Shown piece by piece: positions 57,124 through 64,000 of a stretch of 64,000 nucleotides of DNA. Location: contig CP051526.1 of the NCBI GenBank assembly GCA_050916045.1, forward strand, positions 288,001-352,000, given 5' to 3'. Position 1 is the stretch's first letter. Every line of letters starts with the position of its first letter. The notes under the pieces are model-generated. The model ran no database searches and was not told the DNA's origin. It saw only the letters and a program-made list of their open reading frames with translations. The DNA is from Tepidisphaera sp. (GTDB lineage Bacteria; Planctomycetota; Phycisphaerae; Phycisphaerales; UBA1924). The position numbers were made by a program, and so were the translations under genes.

Positions 57124-58881
57124 ATGAGTTTACTCGCGTTGGCGGCGATCACGGTCGTGGTGCTCACCTTGGGGTATCTGGGGTACGGGACGTTCATCGC
57201 GCGGCAGTATCGGCAGGGTGCGGAAGCACCAACGCCGGCGACACTGAAGAACGACGGGATCGACTTTGTGCCGACGCGGCCGTTTTATCTGATGGGGCAG
57301 CATTTTTCGGCGATCGCGGCGGCGGGCCCGATCGTGGGGCCGATCCTGGCGTGTCAGCAGTTCGGGTGGCTGCCGTGCGTGCTTTGGATCTTGATCGGCG
57401 TGGTGTTCATCGGGGCGGTGCATGATTTCACGTCGCTGATCGCGAGCGTGCGGCACGGGGCTCACGGGATCGCGGAGATCGCGCGGAGGAACCTCGGGCA
57501 CAAAGCGTTCGTCGCGTTGACGCTTTTCATCTGGGTCGCGCTGCTTTATGTGATCGTGGCCTTCACGGACGCGACAACGGCGACGTTTGTGGGGACGGAT
57601 CCGGATCTTGTGGCGTTGGCCGGGGCGGAGTTCAACCGGGGCGGGGCGGTGGCGGCGGCGAGCGCGATGTATCTGCTTTTGGCGCTGGTGATGGGGGTGG
57701 TGGAGCGGTATCTCAAGCCCCCGATGTGGCTGAGCACGCTGATTTTCGTGCCGGGGACTCTGGGTGTGGTGTGGCTTGGCACGAAGGTTTCGACGGTGCT
57801 GGTGCTTCCGGCGACGTCGTGGTACTGGATCATTCTGGGATATTGCTTGGTGGCTTCGATGCTTCCGGTGTGGCTGCTTCAGCAGTCGCGGGGGTATCTG
57901 GGCGGGTTTGTGCTTTATCTTGCGATCGGGCTCGGGGTGGTCGGGCTGGTCTTCGGGGGGTACACGATCGAGCAGCCGATGGTGTCGGAGAAGGCGCAGG
58001 GGCTGGGGGGGCTGGTGTCGCTTTTCACGGGCGGGGGAGAAGCGGGGGCGCCCGCGCTGGGGACGGTGGTGTTCCCGTTTCTGTTCGTGACGATCGCGTG
58101 CGGGGCGTGCTCGGGCTTCCACGGGCTGGTGTGCGGGACGACGAGCAAGCAGGTGGCGAAGGAGTCGCACTGCAAGCCTGTGGCGTTTGGAGCGATGCTT
58201 CTGGAGGGGTTTGTGGCGATCATCGCGCTGGCCACGATCATGATCGCGGTGCCGGCGGACGTGAAGGGGAAAGCTCCGGGAGCGATCTATGGCGAGGGGA
58301 TCGCGAAGTTCATGACGTTGATCCTCGGGGACGGGGCGCTGGTGTTCGCGAAGACGTTTGGAACGATGGCGGTGGCGACGTTCGTGTTTGACACGCTTGA
58401 TGTGGCGACGCGGCTGGGGCGGTACTTGCTTCAGGAGTTGTTTGGCGTGAAGGGTCGGTGGTTCGGGCTGTTTGCGGCGGCGGTGACGGTGGGGATTCCG
58501 CTCGGGATTCTGCTGGCGGCGGAGCCGAAGAGCTACCTGTTGTTCTGGACGCTTTTCGGGACGTCGAACCAGCTCCTGGCGAGCCTGACGCTTTTGGGCG
58601 TGACGGTGTGGCTTGCGCGGGAGGGGAAGCGGTACTGGTACACGCTGGTGCCGATGCTCTTTGTGATGGGGATCACGCTGACGGCGCTGTCGGTGCAGAT
58701 CGCGGTGGGTGCTCGTGCGGCGTGGAAAGCGGATTCGTGGAGCGGGTTGATGAAAGCGGAAGTGCTGAACGCGGGTGTGGGCGTGGTGCTTCTGTCGCTT
58801 GCGGTGATGTTTATCGTTCAGGCGGTGCGTGCGTTCAAGCGGCCCGCGGGTGAGGACAATCGGGAAGGATCTGTCGCGTGA
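57124..58881 (+). CDS. cstA: carbon starvation protein A family transporter
   Basis: TPA....DG.DFVP, HFSAIAAAGPIVGP, GAVHDF, FVTIACGACSGFH and FWTLFGTSNQLLA. Confidence 0.93.
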   Translation: MSLLALAAITVVVLTLGYLGYGTFIARQYRQGAEAPTPATLKNDGIDFVPTRPFYLMGQHFSAIAAAGPIVGPILACQQFGWLPCVLWILIGVVFIGAVHDFTSLIASVRHGAHGIAEIARRNLGHKAFVALTLFIWVALLYVIVAFTDATTATFVGTDPDLVALAGAEFNRGGAVAAASAMYLLLALVMGVVERYLKPPMWLSTLIFVPGTLGVVWLGTKVSTVLVLPATSWYWIILGYCLVASMLPVWLLQQSRGYLGGFVLYLAIGLGVVGLVFGGYTIEQPMVSEKAQGLGGLVSLFTGGGEAGAPALGTVVFPFLFVTIACGACSGFHGLVCGTTSKQVAKESHCKPVAFGAMLLEGFVAIIALATIMIAVPADVKGKAPGAIYGEGIAKFMTLILGDGALVFAKTFGTMAVATFVFDTLDVATRLGRYLLQELFGVKGRWFGLFAAAVTVGIPLGILLAAEPKSYLLFWTLFGTSNQLLASLTLLGVTVWLAREGKRYWYTLVPMLFVMGITLTALSVQIAVGARAAWKADSWSGLMKAEVLNAGVGVVLLSLAVMFIVQAVRAFKRPAGEDNREGSVA

Positions 58882-60929
58882 ATTCGATCGTTTTTGTTTC
58901 GTCGGCGTTCATTGTGGTCGCGTCGCAGGTGGTTCAGCCGGATGTGAGCAATCCGCTTCGTACGCCGCCGGTTCCGGAATACGCGGCGGGCTTTGAGCGG
59001 GGCGAGGCGTACGAGAAGGCGCTGATGGCGTCGCCGACGAAGGAGACGCTTCGGGCGTGGCATGAGCTTCTCGCGTCCGAGCCGCATGTCGCGGGGACCG
59101 AGGGTGATTGGAAGGTGATCGGTTCGATCGAGAACGAGTTCAAGAAGATGGGAGCCGGGCTCGACGGGTGGACGGTCGAGGTGGATGAGTTCTGGGCGTA
59201 CTTGTCGCGGCCGGTGGCGGCGGAGCTTGAGATTGTGGGGCCGGATTCGCTGAAGCTTGAGCTTCGCGAGAAGCCGGTGGCTTTTGATCCGGCGGCGGCG
59301 AAAGCGGCGGGGGAGTTCGCGTACCTCGCGTACAGCGGGTCGGGCGAGGTGACGGGCGAGATCGTGTACGCGAACTACGGGACGAAAGCGGATTTCGCGA
59401 CGCTGAAGAAGCTGGGGGTTGATCTCAAGGGGAAGATCGTGCTTTGCCGGTTCGGCGGGAACTACCGCGGGTACAAGGTGAAGTTCGCGGAGGAAGCGGG
59501 TGCGGCGGGGATGTTGGTGTACACGGACCCGGGTGATGCGGGGTTTGTGAAGGGGGATGTGTATCCGACGGGGACGTGGTCGAACGAGTGCTGCATCCAG
59601 CGCGGGTCGCTGCTTGTGACGGGGTATCAGGGGGATCCGCTGACGCCGGGGATTCCGGCGACGAAGGACGCCAAGCGGCTTGATCCGAAGGATGTGAGCT
59701 TGCCGAAGATCCCGGCGCAGCCGATCGGATACGGAGCGGCGACGGAGATTTTCAGGCGGATGAAGGGGGAGAAGCTCCCGGAGGATTTGAAAGCGTGGGT
59801 CGGGGGGATCCGCGCGGACTATCTGCTCACGGGCGGGCCGGAGCTGAAGGTTCGGCTGAAGGTTGAGCAAAAGCGTGAGCTGGTGCGGACGGCCAACGTG
59901 ATCGCGACGCTTCGCGGGCGCGGTCCGGAGCAAGCGGAGATCGACCGCGAGGTGATCATCGGGTGTCACCACGATGCGTGGAACTGCGGAGCGGCGGACC
60001 CGACGTGCGGGACGATCGCGATGCTGGCGGCGGCGAAAGCGTTCACGGAGCAGGCGAAAGCCGGGACGCGGCCGGTGCGCTCCGTGACGTTCGCGGCGTG
60101 GGGAGCGGAGGAGCACGGGATCATCGGATCCAGCGAATGGGTCGAGAAGCACCGTGAACGCCTCGCGAAGAACGGGGTGGCGTATTTCAATCTGGACATG
60201 GCGAGCATGGGGCCGAACTTTGGGTCCGCGGCATCGCCGGAGCTCAAGACGGTGATCGCGGAGGTGGCGAAGGTGGTGCCGCAGGCGCGGGACGCGGCGA
60301 AGACGGTGTATGAGGATTGGGCGGCGCGTTCGGGTGGTGAGCCGTCGCTTGGTGATCTGGGCGGCGGGTCGGACCATGTCGCGTTTCTGATGCACGCGGG
60401 TGTGCCGTCGGCGTCGATGTCGGCGGGGGGGAGCAAGGGGAACAGCTACCACTCGGCGTACGACACGCTGCCGTGGTATTGGAAGACGGTGGGGGATGAC
60501 TATGAGCCGGCGCTGATGGTGAGCCGCATGACGACGGTGGCGGCGGCACGGCTTGCGGATGCGGCGGTGATCCCGTACGACCTCGCGCGGGTGCGGGCGG
60601 AATTCGCGAAGCACGTCGAGGGGTTCCGCGGGTCGAAGGTGTGGCCGGGGGAGGGCCAGGCGGCGGCGATCGAGGAACTGCTGCAGGTCGTGAGAACGAC
60701 TGCGGTGGACACGGCGATGACGAACGAGGAGCGGGTGCGCGAGACGCGGCGGTTCATGCGTGACGGGGGCGTGCCGGGGCGCCGCTGGTTCAGGAACTGG
60801 TACGTCGCGACGGATGAGAACTCCGGGTACGCGACGTGGGTGCTTCCAGGGTTCCGCAAAGCGGCGGAGGACGAGGACGCGAAGGCGTTCGCGGAAGCGG
60901 CGCGGGTGTACCTTGAGATGTGGCGGTGA
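58878..60929 (+). CDS. M28 family metallopeptidase (glutamate carboxypeptidase II-like, PA domain)
   Basis: PHVAGT, VYANYG, QRGS...GDPLTPG, IIGCHHDAW, WGAEEHGIIGS.EW, GGGSDH..F and YHSAYD. Confidence 0.92.
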   Translation: MNSIVFVSSAFIVVASQVVQPDVSNPLRTPPVPEYAAGFERGEAYEKALMASPTKETLRAWHELLASEPHVAGTEGDWKVIGSIENEFKKMGAGLDGWTVEVDEFWAYLSRPVAAELEIVGPDSLKLELREKPVAFDPAAAKAAGEFAYLAYSGSGEVTGEIVYANYGTKADFATLKKLGVDLKGKIVLCRFGGNYRGYKVKFAEEAGAAGMLVYTDPGDAGFVKGDVYPTGTWSNECCIQRGSLLVTGYQGDPLTPGIPATKDAKRLDPKDVSLPKIPAQPIGYGAATEIFRRMKGEKLPEDLKAWVGGIRADYLLTGGPELKVRLKVEQKRELVRTANVIATLRGRGPEQAEIDREVIIGCHHDAWNCGAADPTCGTIAMLAAAKAFTEQAKAGTRPVRSVTFAAWGAEEHGIIGSSEWVEKHRERLAKNGVAYFNLDMASMGPNFGSAASPELKTVIAEVAKVVPQARDAAKTVYEDWAARSGGEPSLGDLGGGSDHVAFLMHAGVPSASMSAGGSKGNSYHSAYDTLPWYWKTVGDDYEPALMVSRMTTVAAARLADAAVIPYDLARVRAEFAKHVEGFRGSKVWPGEGQAAAIEELLQVVRTTAVDTAMTNEERVRETRRFMRDGGVPGRRWFRNWYVATDENSGYATWVLPGFRKAAEDEDAKAFAEAARVYLEMWR

Positions 60930-60963
60930 TGGGGAACGAGCGACCGCTCGCGCGGTCGTCTCT

Positions 60964-62583
60964 TTAGTGGCGGAAGTGGCGGACACCGGTCAGAAGGCAC
61001 GTCACGCCGCGCTGGTTGCAGAGGTCGAAGGTCTCCTGATCGCGCTTGCTGCCACCCGGGTGCAGGATCGTCTTGACGCCGGCGTCGATCAGGATCTTGG
61101 GGCCGTCGGGGAAGGGGAAGAAAGCATCGGAGTACGCGACGGAGCCCGAAGCGAGCGGGCCGGCTTTCTCGCAGGCCAAGCGGCAACTGGTGAGGCGGTC
61201 CATCTGGCCCGCGCCGGCGCCGAAGAGGCGGACGCCGCCGGATTCGGAGGCGCCGCCGAGGCAGACGGCGTTGGAGAGAAGCGAGCGGCAGACGGCTTCG
61301 AGGAATGAAGCGGCGGCGAGGGCTCGCGGGGTCGGAGCCGGGCCGGCTTTGTGGTCGTAGGCGGAGGTCGGGACGAGCTTGGTGTCGCGTTCCTGGGCGA
61401 GCCAGCCGCCGCCGGGGCCGGGGAGGGATCGCCATTCCATTTCGCTTGCGGCAAGCGGGGCGAGGGGGCCGGTTTCGAGGAGTCGGAGGTTCATCCAGCG
61501 GGCGCGGAGGGTTTCGACGGCGGCGGCTTCGAACGCCGGCGCGATGATGACCTCCATGAAGATGTCCTTCTCGCAGAGGCGCTGGGCCGCGGGGAGGTCG
61601 AGGGGCTTGTTGATGGCGAGGATGCCGCCGAACGCCGCGATGGGGTCGCCGGCGATGGCTTCGCGGACGGCTTCGAGGGGGGAAGCGGCGAGTGCCGCGC
61701 CGCAGGGGTTCATGTGCTTGACGACGCAGGCTCCGACACGAGCTGGGTCGATCTGGGCGAGCTGGCGGACGAGTTCGAGTGCGGAAGCGGCATCGTTGAT
61801 GTTGTTGTACGAGAGCTCTTTGCCGTGGAGCTTGCGGGCGGTGGCGAGGGAGCCGAGGCGGTCGCCGGAGGCGCTGCGCGAACGGTAAAACCCGGCTTGC
61901 TGGTGCGGGTTTTCGCCGTAGCGGAGGGCTTCGACGAGCTGGAGCGAGTGGGTGGCGACGGGGGGCACGGAGCCGGCGGGGGCTTCGGCGGCGGAGAGGT
62001 AGGCGGTGATGGCGCCGTCGTAGGCGCTGGTGCGGGCGTAGGCCGCGGCGGCGAGCGTCTTGCGGAGGGCGAGGGTGGTTGCGCCCTTGTGGTCGCGGAG
62101 CTGGGCGATGACTTCGTCGTACTGGGCGGGGTCGGTGATGACGGTGACGAAGTGGTGGTTTTTGGCGGCGGAGCGGATCATGCTGGGGCCGCCGATGTCG
62201 ATGTTCTCGATGGCTTCTTCGCGGCTGGCGCCGGGCTTGGCGATGGTGGCTTCGAAGGGGTAGAGGTTGACGCAGACGAGGTCGATGGGCGCGATCTCGT
62301 GCTTGGTCATCGCGGCGAGGTGCTCGGGGTTGTCGCGGACGGCGAGGAGGCCGCCGTGGACCTTGGGGTGGAGGGTCTTGACGCGGCCGTCCATGATCTC
62401 GGGGAAGCCGGTGACGGCGTCGATGGAGGTGACGGGGATGCCAGCTTTGGCGATGGCGGAAGCGGTGCCGCCGGTGGAGATGATCTCGACACCGTGCTCG
62501 GCGAGAGCTTTGGCGAGGTCGATGAGCTTGGCTTTGTCGGAGACGGAGATGAGGGCGCGGCGGACGTTGACGAGGTCGGTCAT
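60964..62583 (-). CDS. purH: bifunctional AICAR transformylase/IMP cyclohydrolase
   Basis: RALISVSDK, STGGT, GRVKTLHP, NLYPF, IDIGGPSM, LRYGENPHQ, KH.NPCG, SDAFFPF and TGVRHFRH. Confidence 0.96.
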   Translation of the reverse strand: MTDLVNVRRALISVSDKAKLIDLAKALAEHGVEIISTGGTASAIAKAGIPVTSIDAVTGFPEIMDGRVKTLHPKVHGGLLAVRDNPEHLAAMTKHEIAPIDLVCVNLYPFEATIAKPGASREEAIENIDIGGPSMIRSAAKNHHFVTVITDPAQYDEVIAQLRDHKGATTLALRKTLAAAAYARTSAYDGAITAYLSAAEAPAGSVPPVATHSLQLVEALRYGENPHQQAGFYRSRSASGDRLGSLATARKLHGKELSYNNINDAASALELVRQLAQIDPARVGACVVKHMNPCGAALAASPLEAVREAIAGDPIAAFGGILAINKPLDLPAAQRLCEKDIFMEVIIAPAFEAAAVETLRARWMNLRLLETGPLAPLAASEMEWRSLPGPGGGWLAQERDTKLVPTSAYDHKAGPAPTPRALAAASFLEAVCRSLLSNAVCLGGASESGGVRLFGAGAGQMDRLTSCRLACEKAGPLASGSVAYSDAFFPFPDGPKILIDAGVKTILHPGGSKRDQETFDLCNQRGVTCLLTGVRHFRH

Positions 62584-62655
62584 GGGCTCAGGGTAGAGCC
62601 GATGGCCGACCTCGTCAGCGGGGAATTGGTTTGCTTCGCAGCAACGCCCGAGGCT

Positions 62656-63855
62656 TTACTGCCGCGGGGGTTGAAAGGTGATGCACTGGGAGGGGGAGTT
62701 GTCGTCGAGGATGGGTGAGTTGTAGCCGATCAGCACCGCGTCGGCGGTGCTGCCGCCGGGGCCCTGGATCCCGAACGTCGCGGAACCGCCGCGGAGGAGG
62801 ATGCACCCGGTCAGGCCGGTGTAGCGGACCTTGATGAGGTTCGAGCTTTCGTGGATCGAAAGCATGATGTTGACGGGGGAGTTTCCGCACGCGTTGGTGT
62901 GGAACCGCGTGCGGAAGTACATGTTGAACACGCGTCCGGGAGCGGTGCCGAAGGTGGCGTATTCGATGAACTCGGTGATGCCGAAGTCCTCGAGGTCATC
63001 CCAGAAGAACGCCACCATCGGGTCGGTGGTCCCGAAGAATGGAAGGCCCGTGTTTGAGAACGCGGTGCTGCATCGGTCCCCGAAGAACAGGAGGCCGTTG
63101 CTCGAGACATTGATCGTCGTGTAGGAACGCCCCCAGCCGGTGAAGGTGAAGCCGAGGGGGATGATCCCGGAGCAATTGTCATCACCGAGCGTTTCAACGC
63201 GAGCCCACCCCGAGCGGTCGTCCTGGCTGAACTGGGCGTCGATCGACACGGTGATGCCGCTGGGGCCGGCGGGGCCGCGCGGGCCTACCGGACCTTGCGG
63301 GCCGTCGGCTCCGGGGGCGCCCATTGGTCCAGGCGGTCCCTGGTCGCCCTGACGACCGTTGATGCCCGGCGGGCCTTGCAGTCCTTGGGCGCCTTGCGGG
63401 CCGCGCGGGCCCTCGGGCCCTTGGGGACCTTCCGGCCCTGCGGGGCCGGGTTCACCCTGCGGCCCTTGCGGGCCGGGGTTGAGCGCGTGGAGGGCGTAGG
63501 GGGTCGCGGTGAGCGGCTGGCGGGGAGCGAGGGTCGTGAAGGGCGGGCCCACCGACGAACTCACATCGATCTCGATCCAGCGGGCTTGGCCGGTGAAAGC
63601 CGATCCGAAATCAAGCTGGACCGAGAAGCGGCCGTTCACGATGGGCAGGCTGCCCGCGAGGAGCGTCGGCCCGACCTGGGACCCGCCCGAGGCGGCGTCG
63701 TACAGGCGGAACCGGATGTCCCGGACTCCGTCGACCGGACGGGAAGAGTCGCGAAGCTCGCCCTGGTACGTGAACGCGGTCGAGACCGGTTCGGCGAGGG
63801 CGGGGGTGACGATGGCGGCGAGGGGCAGAAGTGCCCAGATCGGACGGATGGCCAT
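62656..63855 (-). CDS. secreted collagen-like protein with N-terminal 'FTYQG' domain and C-terminal nidogen (NIDO)-like domain
   Basis: Signal peptide; TAFTYQGEL; 24 consecutive Gly-X-Y triplets; DD...I.LGFTF...G..Y....VSSNGLL.F...AFFWDDL. Confidence 0.82.
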   Translation of the reverse strand: MAIRPIWALLPLAAIVTPALAEPVSTAFTYQGELRDSSRPVDGVRDIRFRLYDAASGGSQVGPTLLAGSLPIVNGRFSVQLDFGSAFTGQARWIEIDVSSSVGPPFTTLAPRQPLTATPYALHALNPGPQGPQGEPGPAGPEGPQGPEGPRGPQGAQGLQGPPGINGRQGDQGPPGPMGAPGADGPQGPVGPRGPAGPSGITVSIDAQFSQDDRSGWARVETLGDDNCSGIIPLGFTFTGWGRSYTTINVSSNGLLFFGDRCSTAFSNTGLPFFGTTDPMVAFFWDDLEDFGITEFIEYATFGTAPGRVFNMYFRTRFHTNACGNSPVNIMLSIHESSNLIKVRYTGLTGCILLRGGSATFGIQGPGGSTADAVLIGYNSPILDDNSPSQCITFQPPRQ

Positions 63856-64000
63856 ACAAGTTCTCCTCGGAGGATGATGGTGCTTTTCGATGGGAGCCTT
63901 GGCTTGCTGGAGTCGTGGCTTTCATGGGGAGAGGCGACGGATCGCGCCGCGGACTGCCAAGATTCCGGAACCCGAAGCGGCAGGCGTCGGGTTGTCGGCG

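Overview
GC-rich (~70%) bacterial DNA, very probably Planctomycetota, order Phycisphaerales. The grounds are five secreted proteins ending in the 'CPADFNGDGFxDFFDYxDFVxxFExGC' GC-type dockerin motif, a planctomycete-type ECF sigma/Ser-Thr kinase pair and a DUF58-BatA-vWA-prenyltransferase operon. About 50 CDS are supported, including lgt, tatD, scoB, mtnN, pdxH, ohr, hppD, rpe, dacB, psuG, cstA, purH and an HU-family gene. I found no rRNA, tRNA or CRISPR array. Most notable: (1) a solitary HUH/Y1 tyrosine transposase flanked by inverted GTAG-type three-hairpin REP modules and followed by three covarying twin-hairpin direct repeats that punctuate small accessory genes (26.9-29.8 kb); (2) a gap-free 13 x 21-bp tandem array just upstream of a helical-bundle + FN3-like gene ending in -KLAA (40.7-41.9 kb); (3) a strong GC-skew inversion near 22.4-23.8 kb with origin-like polarity but no dnaA; (4) a tandem cluster of dockerin-tagged secreted proteins with no visible cohesin; (5) a MoxR-less vWA operon. 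All calls come from reading motifs by eye; no database searches were run.
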